Shown: positions 25,901-42,340, counted from the first letter of the stretch. The stretch: DNA of 64,000 nucleotides from Squalus acanthias (GCA_030390025.1 JASTWF010000033.1:5892001-5956000); one strand, 5' to 3'. Numbers and translations: made by a program. The notes: generated by a model not told the origin, from the sequence alone.

Positions 25901-28900
25901 TGGTGCACAGGAAACCATTTGTAAATTTACAATTAACTGTAACGTTATTCCCCGGTGTAGAGTATACCATATGTAAATTGACAATTAACTGTAACTTTTT
26001 TCCCCGGTGTAGTGGACACTATGTTTAAATTAACGCTTAACTGTAACTTTATTCCGCGGTGTAGAGTATACTATGTTTAAATTATCACTTAACTGTAACT
26101 TTATTCCGCGGTGCAGAGGATACCATGTGTAAATAAACAATTAACTGTCACTTCATTCCCTGGTGCAGAGGAGGGCATGTGTAAATTAACAATTAACTGT
26201 AACTCTAATCCCTGGTGTAGAGGACACCAGGTGTAAATTAACAATTAACTGTAACTTTATTCCTGGTGTAGAGGATACCATGTGTAAATTAACAACTATC
26301 TGTTTCTTTATTCCCCGGTGTAGAGGATACCGTGTGTAAATTAAAAATTAACTTTAACTTTATTCACTGCTGTGGAGGATAGCATGTGTAAAAGAACAAT
26401 TAACTGTAACTTGATTAACTGCTGTAGGGGATACCATGTGTAAATTAATAATTAACTGTAACTTTATTCACTGGTGCAGAGGATAGCATGTATAAATGAA
26501 CAATTAACTGTAACTTGATTAACTGCTGTAGAGGATACCATGTGTAAATTAAAAATTAACTGTAACTTTATTCCGCGGTGTAGAGGATACCATGTGTAAA
26601 TTAACAACTTACTCTAACTTTATTACCCTGTGGAGTGGATACAATGTTTAAATTAACAATTAACTGTAACTTTTTCCCCTGTGTAGAGGATACCATGTGT
26701 AAATTAACAATTAACTGTGACATTATTTACCGGTGTAGAGAATACCATGCGTAATTTAAAATTTAACTGTAACTTTTGTTCCTTGTGTGGAGGATACAAT
26801 GTGTAAATTAACAATTAACTGTAACTTTAATCCCCGGTGCAGAGGATACCATGTGTAAATTAACAACTTACAGTAACTTTATGCCCCGGTGTAGTGTATA
26901 CAATGTTTAAATTAACAATTAACTGTAACTTTTTCCCCGGTGTAGAGGATACCATGTATAAATTAACAAATAACTATAACTTTATTTCCCGGTGCTGAGG
27001 TTACCTTATGTAAATTAACAATTAACTGTAATTTTATTCCCTGGTGTAGAGGATACCATGTGAAAATTAACAATTAACTGTAACATTATTCCCCGGTTTA
27101 GAGGATACCATGTGTAAATTAACAATTAACTGTAAATTTATTCCCCGGTGTAGAGGATACCAGGTGTAAATTAACAATTAATTGTAACTTTATTCACTGG
27201 TGCAGAGGAAACCATTTGTAAATTAACAATTAACTGTAACTTTATTCCCCGGTGTAGAGTATACCATATGTAAATTGACAATTAACTGTAACTTTTTTCC
27301 CCGGTGTAGTGGACACTATGTTCAAATTAACACTTAACTGTAACTTTATTCCTCGGTGCAGAGGATACCATGTGTAAATTAACAATTTACTGTAACTTTA
27401 TTCCCGGTGTAGTGTATACTATGTTTAAATTAACAATTAACTGTAACTTGTTTCACTGGTGCAGAGGATACCATGTGTAAATTAACAATTATCTGTAACT
27501 TCATTCCCTGGTGCATTGGATAGCATGTGTAAATTAACAATTAACTGTCACTTTATTCCCAGGTGCAGAGGATACCATGTGTAAATTAACAATTTACTGT
27601 AACTTTATTCCCGGTGTAGAGGATACCATGTGTAAATTAACAATTAACTGTAACTTTATTCACTGCTGTGGAAGATAGCATGTGTTAAAGAACAATTAAC
27701 TGTCACTTGATTAACTGCTGTAGGGGATACCATGTGTAAATTAATAATTAACTGTAACTTTATTCACTGGTGCAGAGGATAGCATGTGTAAATGAACAAT
27801 TAACTGTAACTTGATTAACTGCTGTAGAGGATACCATGTGTAAATTAACAATTATCTGTAACTTTAATCCTCGGTGTAGCGGACACCATGTGTAAATTAA
27901 GAATTTATTGTAACTTTAATCCCCGGTGCAGTGGATACAATATTAAATTAACAATTAACTGTACCTTTTTCACAGGTGTAGAGGATACCATGTGTAAATT
28001 AACAATTAAGTGTAATTTTTTCGCTGCTGTAGTGGTTACCATGTGTTAATTAACAATTAACTGCAACTCTAATCCCTGGTGTAGAGGACACCAGGTGTAA
28101 ATTAACAATTAACTGTAACTTTATTCCTCGGTGTAGTGGATACAATGTGTAAAATAACAATTATCTTTAAATTTATTTCCTGATGCCTCGGAGACCATGT
28201 TTAAATTAACAATTAACTGTAACTTTTTCCCCTGTGTAGAGGATACCATGTGTAAATTAACAATTAACTGTGACATTATTTACCGGTGTAGAGAATACCA
28301 TGCGTAAATTAAAATTAACTGTAACTTTTGTTCCTTGTGTGGAGGATACCATGTGTAAATTAACAATTAACTGTAACTTTAATCCCCGGTGCAGAGGATA
28401 CCATGTGTAAATTAACAACTTACAGTAACTTTATGCCCCGGTGTAGTGTATACAATGTTTAAATTAACAATTAACTGTAACTTTTTCCCCGGTGTAGAGG
28501 ATACCATGTATAAATTAACAAATAATTATAACTTTATTTCCCGGTGCTGAGGTTACCTTATGTAAATTAACAATTAACTGTAATTTTATTCCCTGGTGTA
28601 GAGGATACCATGTGAAAATTAACAATTAACTGTAACATTATTCCCCGGTTTAGAGGATACCATGTGTAAATTAACAATTAACTGTAAATTTATTCCCCGG
28701 TGTAGAGGATACCAGGTGTAAATTAACAATTAATTGTAACTTTATTCACTGGTGCAGAGGAAACCATTTGTAAATTAACAATTAACTGTAACTTTATTCC
28801 CCGGTGTAGAGTATACCATATGTAAATTGACAATTAACTGTAACTTTTTTCCCCGGTGTAGTGGACACTATGTTCAAATTAACACTTAACTGTAACTTTA

Positions 28901-31900
28901 TTCCTCGGTGCAGAGGATACCATGTGTAAATTAACAATTTACTGTAACTTTATTCCCGGTGTAGTGTATACTATGTTTAAATTAACAATTAACTGTAACT
29001 TGTTTCACTGGTGCAGAGGATACCATGTGTAAATTAACAATTATCTGTAACTTCATTCCCTGGTGCATTGGATAGCATGTGTAAATTAACAATTAACTGT
29101 CACTTTATTCCCAGGTGCAGAGGATACCATGTGTAAATTAACAATTTACTGTAACTTTATTCCCGGTGTAGAGGATACCATGTGTAAATTAACAATTAAC
29201 TGTAACTTTATTCACTGCTGTGGAAGATAGCATGTGTTAAAGAACAATTAACTGTCACTTGATTAACTGCTGTAGGGGATACCATGTGTAAATTAATAAT
29301 TAACTGTAACTTTATTCACTGGTGCAGAGGATAGCATGTGTAAATGAACAATTAACTGTAACTTGATTAACTGCTGTAGAGGATACCATGTGTAAATTAA
29401 CAATTATCTGTAACTTTAATCCTCGGTGTAGCGGACACCATGTGTAAATTAAGAATTTATTGTAACTTTAATCCCCGGTGCAGTGGATACAATATTAAAT
29501 TAACAATTAACTGTACCTTTTTCACAGGTGTAGAGGATACCATGTGTAAATTAACAATTAAGTGTAATTTTTTCGCTGCTGTAGTGGTTACCATGTGTTA
29601 ATTAACAATTAACTGCAACTCTAATCCCTGGTGTAGAGGACACAAGGTGTAAATTAACAATTAACTGTAACTTTATTCCTCGGTGTAGTGGATACAATGT
29701 GTAAAATAACAATTATCTTTAAATTTATTTCCTGATGCCTCGGAGACCATGTGTAAATTAACAATTAACTGTAACTTTATTCCCAGGTTTAGAGGATACA
29801 ATGTGTAAATTAACAATTATCTGTTACTTTATTCCCCGGTGTAGAGGATACCGTGTGTAAATTAAAAATTAACTGTAACTTTATTCACTGCTGTGGAGGA
29901 TAGCATGTGTAAAAGAACAATTAACTGTAACTTGATTAGCTGCGGTAGGGGATACCATGTGTAAATTAAGAATTAACTGTTACTTTATTCCCCGGTGTGG
30001 AGTATTCCATGTGTAAATCAAAATTTAACTGTAACATTTGTTCCTTGTGTAGAGGATACCATGTGTAAATTAACAATTAACTGTAACTATTTCCCCGGTG
30101 CAGAGGATACCATGTGTAAATTAACAACTTACTGTAACTTTATGCCCCGGTGTCGTGGATACAATTTTTTATTTAACAATTAACTGTAACTTTTTCCCCG
30201 GTGTAGGGGATACCATGTGTAAATTTACAAATAACTATAAATTTATTTCCCGGTGCTTAGGATACCATATGTAAATAAACAATTAACTGTAATTTTATTC
30301 CCTGATGTAGAGGATACAATGTGAAAATTAACAATTAACTGTAACATTAATCCCAGGTGTAGTGGATACAATGTGTAAATTAACAATTAACTGTAAATTT
30401 ATTCCCCGGTGTAGAGGATACCAGGTGTAAATTAACAATTAATTGTAACTTTATTCACTGGTGCAGAGGAAACCATTTGTAAATTAACAATTAACTGTAA
30501 CTTTATTCCCCGGTGTAGAGTATACCATATGTAAATTGACAATTAACAGTAACTTTTTTGCCCGGTGTAGTGGACACTATGTTTAAATTAACACTTAACT
30601 GTAACTTTATTCCGCTGTGTCGAGGATACTATGTTTAAATTATCACTTAACTGTAACTTTATTCCGCGGTGCAGAGGATACCATGTGTAAATTAACAATT
30701 TACTGTAACTTTATTCCCGGTGTAGTGTATACTATGTTTAAATTAACAATTAACTGTAACTCTAATCCCTGGTGTAGAGGACACCAGGTGTAAATTAACA
30801 ATTAACTGTAACTTTATTCCTCGGTGTAGTGGATACAATGTGTAAAATAACAATTATCTGTAACTTTATTGACTGCTGTTGAGGATAGCATGTGTAAAAG
30901 AACAATTAACTGTAACTTGATTAACTGCTGTAGGGGATACCATGTGTAAATTAATAATTACCTGTAACTTTATTCACTGGTGCAGAGGATAGCATGTGTA
31001 AATGAACAATTAACTGTAACTTGATTAACTGCTGTAGAGGATACCATGTGTAAATTAACAACTTACTGTAACTTTACTCCCAGGTGTAGAGGATACCATG
31101 TGTAAATTAACAATTTACTGTAACTTTATTCCTGGTGTAGAGGATACCATGTGTAAATTAACAATTAACTGTAACTTTATTCACTGCTGTTGAGGATAGC
31201 ATGTGTAAAAGAACAATTAACTGTAACGTGATTAACTGCTGTAGGGGATACCATGTGTAAATTAATAATTAACTGTAATTTTATTCACTGGTGCAGAGGA
31301 TAGCATGTGTAAATGAACAATTAACTGTAACTTGATTAACTGCTGTAGAGGATACCATCTGTAAATTAACAATTAACTGTAACTTTAATCCCCGGTGTAG
31401 AGGACACCATGTGTAAATTAACAACTTACTGTAACTTTATTCCCCGGTGGAGTAGATGCAATGTGTAAAATAACAATTAACTGTAACTTTATTCGCGGTG
31501 TAGAGGATACCATGTTTAAATTAACAATTAACTGTAACTTTTTCACCGGTGTAGAGGATACCATGTGTAAATTAACAATTAAGTGTAATTTTTTTCGCTG
31601 CTGTAGTGGATACCATGTGTAAATTAACAATTAACTGTAACTTTATTCCGCGGTGTAGAGGATACCATGTGTCAATTAACAATTAACTGTAACATTATTC
31701 ACTGGTGCAGAGGATACCAAGTGTAAATTAACAATTAACTGCAACTTTATTAACAGCTGTAGAGAATACCTTGTGTAAATTAACAATTAACTGTAACTTT
31801 ATTAACTGTTGTAAAGGATACCATGTGTAAATTAACAATTAAATGTAACTTTATTGCCCGGTGCAGAGGATACCATGTGTAAATTAACAATTAACTGTAA

Positions 31901-34900
31901 CTTTATTCCCCGGTACAGAGGACACCATGTGTAAATTAACATTTAACTGTAACTTTTTTCCCGGTGCAGAGGATACCATGTGTAAAATAACAATTAACTG
32001 CAACTTTTTCACTGCTGTAGAGGGTACCATGTGTAAATTAACAATTAACTGTAACTTTATTCCCTGTTGTAGAGCATACCATGTTTAAATTAACAATTAA
32101 CTGTAAATTTATTCCCCGGTGTAGTGGATACAATGTTTAAATTAACAATTTACTGTAACTGTATTACCCGGGGAGGAGGGTAAAACGTGTAAATTTACAA
32201 TTAACTGTGTCTTTATTCCCTGGTGTAGAGGATACCATGTGTAAATTATCAATTAACTGTAACTTTATCCCACGGTGTAGAGCAAACTATGTATAAATTA
32301 ACAATTAACTGTAACTTTATTCCCCGGTACAGAGGACAACATGTGTAAATTAACATTTTACTGTAACTTTTTTCCCGGTGTAGAGGATATCATGTGTAAA
32401 TTAACAATTAACTGCAACTTGTTCACTGCTGTAGAGGATTCCATGTGCAAATTAACAATTAACTGTCACTTTATTCCCTGTTGTAGAGCATACCATGTTT
32501 AAATTAACAATTAACTGTAAATTTATTCCCCGGTGTAGTGGATACAATGTTTAAATTAACAATTTACTGTAACTGTATTACCCGGGGAGGAGGATAAAAC
32601 GTGTAAATTTACAATTAACTGTGTCTTTATTCCCTGGTGTAGAGGATACCATGTGTAAATTATCAATTAACTGTAACTTTATTCCACGGTGTAGAGCAAA
32701 CAATTTTTAAATTAACAATTAACTTCAATTTTAGTCCCCGGTGCAGCGGATACAATGTTTAAATTAACAATTTCCTGCAACTTTATTCCCTGGTGTAGTG
32801 GATTCCATTTGTAAATTTACAATTAACTGCAAATTTATTCCCGGGGGAAGAGGATACCACGTGTAAATTAACAATTTACTGTAAATTTAATCTCCGGTGT
32901 AAAGGATACCAAGTGTAAATTAACAATTAACTGCAACTTTTTTATCTGCTGTAGAGAATACCTTGTGTAAATTAACAATTAACTGTAAATTATTCCCCAA
33001 TGTAGAGGATAACATGTTTAAATTAACAATTAACTGTATTTTTATTCACTTGTGTAAAGGATACCAAGTGTAAATTAACAATTAACTGAAACTTTATTAA
33101 CTGCTGTAGAGAATATCATGTGTAAATGAACAATTAACTGTAACTTTATTAATTGGTGTAAAGGATACCATGCGTAAATTAACAAATTACTGTAACTTTA
33201 TTCACAGGTGCAGAAGATACCATGTGTAAATTAATATTAACTGTAAATTTATTCACTGCTGTAGAGGATACGATGTGTAAAATAACAATTAACTGTAACT
33301 TTATTCCCCGGTGTGGAGGATACCTCGTGTAAATTTACAATTAAATGTGTCTTTATTCCCTGGTGTAGAGGATACCATGTGTAAATTATCAATTAACTGT
33401 AACTTAATTCCACGGTGTAGAGCAAACTATGTTTAAATTAACAATTAAATTAAATTTTAGTCCCCGGTGTAGAGGATACAATGTTTAAAATATCAATTTC
33501 CTCTCACTTTATTACCTGGTGTAGTGGATACCACGTGTAATTTTACAATTAACTGCAAATTTATTCCCCGGTGTAGAGGATACCACGTGTAAATTAACGT
33601 TTAACTGCAAATTTATTCCCCAGTGTAGAGGATACCACTTGTAATTTTACAATTAACTGCAAATTTATTCCCCGGTGTAGAGGATACCACGTGTAAATTA
33701 ACGATGAACTGCAAATTTTATCCAAGGGGTAGAGGATACCATTTGTAAATTAACAATTCACTGTAACTTTATTCCCTGGTGTGAGGAATTCATGTGTAAA
33801 TTAAAAATTAAGTGTGAATTATTCCCCGGTGTAGAGGATACCATGTGTAAATTAACAATTAACTGTAAATTATTCCCCGATGTAGAGGATACCATGTGTA
33901 AATTAACAATTAACTGTAAATTATTCCCCGGTGTAGAGGATACCATGTGTAAATAAACTATTAACTGTAACTGTATTCCTCGCTGTCGGGGATACCATGT
34001 GTAAATTAACAATTAACTGTAAATTTATTCACTGGTGTGGAGGATACCATGTTTAAATTAACAATTAACTGTAACTTTATTCACTTGTGTAAAGGATACC
34101 ATGTGTAAATTAACAATAAACTGTAACATTATTCACTGGTGCAGAGGATACCAAGTGTAAATTAACAATAAACTGCAACTTTATTAACAGCTGTAGAGAA
34201 TACCTTGTGTAAATTAACAATTAACTGTAACTTTATTAACTGCTGTAAAGGATACCATGTGTAAATTAACAATGAAATGTAACTTTATTGCCCGGTGCAG
34301 AGGATACCATGTGTAAATTAACAATTAACTGTAACTTTATTCCCCGGTACAGAGGATACCATGTGTAAATTAACAATTAACTGTCACTTTATTCCCTGTT
34401 GTAGAGCATACCATGTTTAAATTGACAATTAACTGTAAATTTATTCCCCGGTGTACTGGATACAATGTTTAAATTAACAATTTACTGTAAGTGTATTAGC
34501 CGGGGAGGAGGATAAAACGTGTAAATTTACAATTAACTGTGTCTTTATTCCCTGGTGTAGAGGATACCATGTGTAAATTATCAATTAACTGTAACTTTAT
34601 TCCACGGTGTAGAGCAAACAATGTTTAAATTAACAATTAACTTCAATTTTAGTCCCCGGTGCAGCGGATACAATGTTTATATTAACAATTTCCTGTAACA
34701 TTATTACCTGGTGTAGTGGATTCCATGTGTAAATTAACAATTAACTGCAAATTTATTCCCCTGTGTAGAGGATACCATGTGTAAATTTACAATTAACTGC
34801 AAATTTATTCCCGAGGGAAGAGGATACAATGTTTAAATTAACAATTTCCTGTAACTTTATTCCCTGCTGTAGTGGATTCCATGTGTAAATTTACAATTAA

Positions 34901-37900
34901 CTGCAAATTTATTCCCGGGGGAAGAGGATACCACGTGTAAATTAACAATTTACTGCAAATTTAATCTCCGGTGTAGAGGATACCATGTGTAAATTAACAA
35001 TTAACTGCAACTTTTTTAACTGCTGTAGAGAATACCTTTTGTAAATTAACAATTAACTGTAAATTATTCCCCGATGTAGAGGATAACATGTGTAAATTAA
35101 CAATTAACTGTAAATTATTCCCCGGTGTAGAGGATACCATGTGTAAATTAAACATTAACTGTAACTGCATTCCTCGCTGTCGGGGATACCATGTGTAAAT
35201 TAACAATTAACTGTAAATTTATTCCCTGGTGTGGAGGATACCATGTTTAAATTAATAATTAACTGTAACTTTATTCACTTGTGTAAAGGATACCATGTGT
35301 AAATTAACAATTAACTGTAACATTATTCACTGGTGCAGAGGATACCAAGTGTAAATTAACAATTAACTGAAACTTTATTAACTGCTGTAGAGAATATCAT
35401 GTGTAAATTAACAATTAACTGTAACTTTATTAACTGGTGTAAAGGATACCATGTGTAAATTAACAATTAACTGCAACTTTTTCACTGCTGTAGAGGATAC
35501 TTTGTGTAAATTAACAATTAACTGTAAATTTATTCACTGCTGTAGAGGATACCATGTGTAAAATAACAATTAACTGTAACATTATTCCCCGGTGCAGCGG
35601 ATACCATGCGTAAATTAACAAATTACTGTAACTTTATTCACAGGTGCAGAGGATACCATGTGTAAATTAACAATTAAGTGTAACTTTATTCCCCGCTGTA
35701 GAGGATAAAATGTTTAAATTAACAATTAACTGTTACTATATTTCCCGGTGCAGAGGATACCAAATGTAAATTGACAATTAACTGGATCTTTATCACCCGG
35801 TGTAGTGGGTAAAATGTTTAAATTAACACTTAACTGTAACTTTTTTCCCCAGTGTAGAGGATACAATGTTTAAATTAACAATTTACTGTAACTGTATTAC
35901 CCGGTGTGGAGGATACCTCGTGTAAATTTACAATTAACTGTGTCTTTATTCCCTGATGTAGAGGATACCATGTGTAAATTATCAATTAACTGTAACTTAA
36001 TTCCACGGTGTAGAGCATACAATGTTTAAATTAACAATTAAATTCAATTTTAGTCCCCGGTGTAGAGGATACAATGTTTAAAATAACAATTTCCTCTCAC
36101 TTTATTATCTGGTGTAGTGTATACCACGTGTAAATTAACGATTAACTGCAAATTTATTCCCCGGTGCAGAGGATACCACGTGTAAATTAACGATTAACTG
36201 CAAATTTATTCCCCGGTGTAGAGGATACCATGTGTAAATTAACAATTAACTGTAAATTATTCCCCGATGTAGAGGATACCATGCGTAAATTAACAATTAA
36301 CTGTAAATTATTCCCCGGTGTAGAGGATACCATGTGTAAATAAACTATTAACTGTAACTGTATTCCTCGCTGTCGGGGATACCATGTGTAAATTAACAAT
36401 TAACTGTAAATGTATTCACTGGTGTGGAGGATACCATGTTTAAATTAACCAATTAACTGTAACTTTATTCACTTGTGTAGAGGATACCATGTGTAAATTA
36501 ACTATTAACTGTAACTTTTTCGCTGTTTTTGTGGATACAATGTGTAAATTAACAATTAACAGTAACTTTTTTCCACGGTGTAGAGGATACCATGTTTAAA
36601 TTAACAATTAAATGTTACTTTATTGCACGGTGTAGAGTATTCCATGTGTAAATTAACGATTAACTGTAACTTTTTTCCCTGGTGTGGAGGATACCATGTG
36701 TAAATTAACAATTAACTGTAACATTATTTACCGGTGTAGAGAATCTCTTGTGTGAATTAACAAATTACTGTAACTTTATTCCCCGGTGTTGTGGATACAA
36801 TGTTTAATTTAACAAATAACTGTAACTTTTTCACTGCTGTAGTGAATACAATGTGTAAATTAACAATTAACTGTAACTTTATTCCGCGGTGTAGAGGATA
36901 CCATGTTTAAATTAACAATTATCTGTAACTTTATTCCCTGGTGTAGAGGATTCCATGTGTAAATTAACGATTAACTGTAATTTATTAACTGCTGTCGGGG
37001 CTACCATGTGTAAATTAACAATTAACTGTATATTGATTAACTGCTGTAGGGGATACCATGTGAAAATTAACAATTAACTGTAACTTTATTCCCTGGTGTC
37101 GAGGATACCATGTGTAAATTAACAATTATATGTAACTTTATTCCCCGGTGTAGAAGATACCCTATGTAAATTCACAATTAACGGTAACTTTATTCCGCGG
37201 TGTAGTGGATACTATGTTTAAATTAACAATTAACTGTAACTTTATACCCCGTTGTAGAGTATACCATATGTAAATTGACAATTTACTGTAACTTTATTCC
37301 CTGGTGCAGAGGATATCATGTGTAAATTAACAATTTACTGTAACTTTATTCACTGGTGCAGAGGATACCATGTGTAAAATAACAATTTACTGTAACTTTA
37401 TTCTCCGGTGCAGTGGATACATTGTTTATATTAATAATTAACTGTAACTTTATTCCCCGATGTTGAGGACACCATATGTAAATTAACAATTAACTGTAAC
37501 TTTATTCCCCGGTGTAGAGGATACCTTGTGTGAATTAAAAAATACTGTAACTTTATTCCCCGGTGTAGAGAATACCTTGTGTGAATTTAAAAAATACTGT
37601 AACTTTATTCCCCGGTGTTGAGGACACCATGTGTAAATTAACAATTATCTGTAACTTTATTCCCTGGTGTAGAGTATTCCATGTGTAAATTAACGATTAA
37701 CTGTATCTTTATTCCCTGGTGTAGAGTATTCCATGTGTAAATTAACAATTATCTGTAACTTTTTTCCTGGAGTAGAGTATTCCATGTGCAAATTAACGAG
37801 TAACTGTAACTTTATTCCCTGGTGTAGAGTACTCCTTGTGTAAATTAACGATTAACTGTAATTTTATTCCCTGGTGTAGAGTATTCCATGCGTAAATTAA

Positions 37901-40900
37901 CAATTAACTGTAACTTCATTAACTGCTGTAGAGGATTCCATGTGTAAATTGACAATTAACTGTAACTTTCTTCCCCGGTGTCCAGGATACCATGTGTAAC
38001 TTAACAATTAACAGTAACTTTAATCCCCGGTGTAGAAGATATCATGTGAAAATTAACAATTAACTGTAACTTTATTCCCCGGTGTAGAGGATACGATGTG
38101 TAAGTTTATATTTAACTGCAACTTTATTTACCGGTGTTTATATTACCATGTGTAAATTAAAATTTAACTATATCTTTTGTTCCTTGTGTGGAGGAAAACA
38201 TGTGTAAATTATCAATTAACTGTCAATTTATTCACTGCTGTAGAGGATACTTTGTGTAAATTAACAATTAACTGTCAATTTATTCACTGCTGTAGAGGAT
38301 ACTTTGTGTAAATTAACAATTAACTGTAAATTTATTCACTGCTGTAGAGGATACCATGTGTAAAATAACAATTAATTGTAACATTATACCCGGTGCAGCG
38401 GATACCATGCGTAAATTAACAAATTACTGTAACTTTATTCACAGGTGCAGAGGATACCATGTGTAAATTATCAAGTAACTGTAACTTTATTCCCCGCTGT
38501 AGAGGATAAAATGTTTAAATTAACAATTAACTATTACTATATTTCCTGGTGCAGAGGATTCCATATGTAAATTGACAATTAACTGGATCTTTATCACCCG
38601 GTGTAGTGGATTAAATGTTTAAATTAACACTTAACTGTAACTTTATTCCCCGGTGTAGAGGATACAATGTTTAAATTAACAATTCACTGTAACTGTATTA
38701 CCCGGGGAGGAGGATACCTCGTGTAAATTTACAATTAACTGTGTCTTTATTCCCTGGTGTAGAGGATACCATGTGTAAATTATCAATTAACTGTAACTTT
38801 ATTCCACGGTGTAGAGCATACAATGTTTAAATTAACAATTGAATTCAATTTTAGTCCCCGGTGTAGAGGATACAATGTTTAAAATAACAATTTCCTCTCA
38901 CTTTATTACCTGGTGCAGTGGATACCACGTGTAAATTAACGATTAACTGCAAATTTATTCCCCGGTGCAGAGGATACCACGTGTAAATTAACGATTAACT
39001 GCAAATTTATTCCCCGGTGTAGAGGATACCATGTGTAAGTTTACAATTAACTGCAAATTTATTCCCCGGTGTAGAGGATACCACGTGTAAATTAACGATT
39101 AACTGCAAATTTAATCCCCGGTGTAGAGGATACCATTTGTAAATTAACAATTCACTGTAACTTTATTCCCTGGTGTAGAGGATACCATGTGTAAATTAAC
39201 AATTAACTGTAACTTTATTCCCCGGTGTAGAGGAATTCATGTGTAAATTAAAAATTAAGTGTGAATTATTCCCCGGTGTAGAGGATATCATGTGTAAATT
39301 AACAATTAACTGTAAATTATTCCCCGATGTAGAGGATACAATGTGTAAATAAACTATTAACTGTAACTGTATTCCTCGCTGTCGGGGATACCATGTGTAA
39401 ATTAACAATTAACTGTAAATTTATTCACTGGTGTGGAGGATACCATGTTTAAATTAACAATTAACTGTAACTTTATTCACTTGTGTAAAGGATACCATGT
39501 GTAAATTAACAATTAACTGTAACATTATTCACTGGTGCAGAGGATACCAATTGTAAATTAACAATTAACTGCAACTTTATTAACAGCTGTAGAGAATACC
39601 TTGTGTAAATTAACAATTAACTGTAACTTTATTAACTGTTGTAAAGGATACCATGTGTAATTTAACAATTAAATGTAACTTTATTGCCCGGTGCAGAGGA
39701 TACCATGTGTAAATTAACAATTAACTGTAACTTCATTCCCCGGTACAGAGGACACCATGTGTAAATTAACATTTAACTGTAACTTTTTTCACTGCTGTAG
39801 AGGATACCATGTGTAAATTAACAATTAACTGTCACTTTATTCCCTGTTGTAGAGAATACCATGTTTAAATTAACAATTAACTGTAAATTTATTCCCCGGT
39901 GTAGTGGATACAATGTTTAAATTAACAATTTACAGTAACTGTATTACCCGGGGAGGAGGAAAAAACGTGTAAATTTACAATTAACTGTGTCTTTATTCCC
40001 TGGTGTAGAGGATACCATGTGTAACTTATCAATTAACTGTAACTTTATTCCACGGTGTAGAGCAAACAATGTTTAAATTAACAATTAACTTCAATTTTAG
40101 TCCCCGGTGCAGCGGATACAATGTTTAAATTAACAAATTCCTGTAACATTATTACCTGGTGTAGTGGATTCCATGTGTAAATTAACAATTAACTGCAAAT
40201 TTATTCCCCGGTGTAGAGGATACCATGTGTAAATTATCAATTAACTGCAACTTTATTCCCCGGTGTTGTGGATACAATGTTTAAATTAACATTCAACTGC
40301 AAATTTATTCCCGGGGGAAGAGGATACAATGTTTAAATTAACAATTTCCTGTAACTTTATTCCCTGCTGTAGTGGATTCCATGCGTAAATTTACAATTAA
40401 CTGCAAATTAATTCCCGGGGGAAGAGGATACCACGTGTAAATTAACAATTAACTGCAAATTTAATCTCCGGTGTAGAGGATACCAAGTGTAAATTAACAA
40501 TTAACTGCAACTTTTTTAACTGCTGTAGAGATACCTTGTGTAAATTAACAATTAACTGTGAATTATTTCCGATGTAGAGGATACCATGTGTAAATTAAAC
40601 ATTAAATGTAACTGTATTCCTCGCTGTCGGGGATACCATGTGTAAATTAACAATTAACTGTAAATTTATTCCCCGGTGTGGAGGATACCATGTTTAAATT
40701 AACAATTAACTGAAATTTTATTAACTGGTGCAGAGAATACCATGTGTAAATTAACAATTAACTGTAACTTTATTAACTGGTGTAAAGGATACCATGTGTA
40801 AATTAACAATTAACTGCAAATTTTTCAATGCTGTAGAGGATACCATGTGTAAATTAACAATTAACTATAACTTTATTCCCTGGTGCAGAGGATACTATGT

Positions 40901-42340
40901 GTAAATTAACAATTAGCTGTAACTTTATTCCCGGTGTAGAGGATACCATGTGTAAATTAACAATTAACTGCAACTTTTTCACTGCTGTAGAGGATACCAT
41001 GTGTAAATTAACAATTAACTATAACTTTATTCCATGGTGCAGAGGATACCATGTGTAAATTAACAATTAACTGTAACTTTATTCCCCGGTGTCGAGGATA
41101 CCAAGCGTAAATTAACAAATTACTGTATCATTATTCACTGGTGCAGAGGATGCCATGTGTAAATTAACAATTAACTGTAACTTTATTCCCCGGTGTAGTG
41201 GATGCAATGTTTACATTAACAATTTACTGTAACTGTATTACACGGTGTGGAGGACACCATGTGTACATTTACAATTAACTGCAACTTTATTCCCTGGTGC
41301 AGAGGATACAATGTTTAAATTAACAATTTCCTGTAACTTTATGTCCTGGTGTAGTGGATTCCATGTGTAAATTTATAATTAACTGCAAATTTATTCCCCG
41401 GTGTAGAGGATACCATGTGTAAATTAACAATTCAATGTAAATTATTCCCCGGTGTAGAGGATACCATGTGTAAATTAACAATTAACTTTAACTTTATTCA
41501 CTGCTGCAGAGGATAGCCTCAGTAAATTATCAATTTGCTGCAAATGTTTTCCCTGGTGTAGAGGATACCATGTTTAAATTAACAATTAACTGTAAATTTA
41601 TTCCCCGGTGTAGAGTATACCATGTGTAAATTAAAGATTAACTGTAAATTTATTCCCTTGTGTTGCGTATTCCATGTGTAAATTAACAATTAATTGTAAC
41701 TTTATTAACTGCTGTAGGGGATACCATGTGTAAATTAACAATTAACTGTAACTTTATTCCCCGTTGTAGAGTATACCAAGCGTAAATTAACAAGTTAATG
41801 TATCATTATTCACTCGTGCAGAGGATACCATGTGTAAATTAACAATTAACTGTAACTTTATTCATCCGTGTAGAGGATAAAATGTTTAAATTAACTGTAA
41901 CTTTATTCCCCGGTGTAGAGGATACAATGTTTAAATAACAAATTTCCTGTAACTTTATGTCCTGGTGTAGTGGATTCAATGTGTAAATTAACAATTAACT
42001 GCATATTTATTCCCCGGTGTAGAGGATACCATGTGTAAATTAACAATTCAATGTAACTTTATTCACTGCTGCAGAGGATAGCATCAGTAAATTATCAATT
42101 TGCTCCAAATTTTTTCTCTGCTGTAGAGGATACCATGAGTAAATTAACAATTAACTGTAACTTTATTCCCTGTTGTAAAGCATAGCATGTGTAAATTAAC
42201 AATTAACTGTAACTTTATTCCCTGGTGTAAAGGATACAATGTGTAAATTAACAATTAACTGTAGCATTATTCACTTGTGCAGAGGATACCATGTGTAAAT
42301 TAACAATTAACTGCAACATTATTAACTGCTGTAGAGAATA
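7920..42340 (+). repeat. 52-bp satellite array, segment 1
   Basis: Consensus TTAACAATTAACTGTAACTTTATTCCCCGGTGTAGAGGATACCATGTGTAAA; period 52, e.g. 13021 to 13073. Head-to-tail, no inversion seen. Confidence 0.98.
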
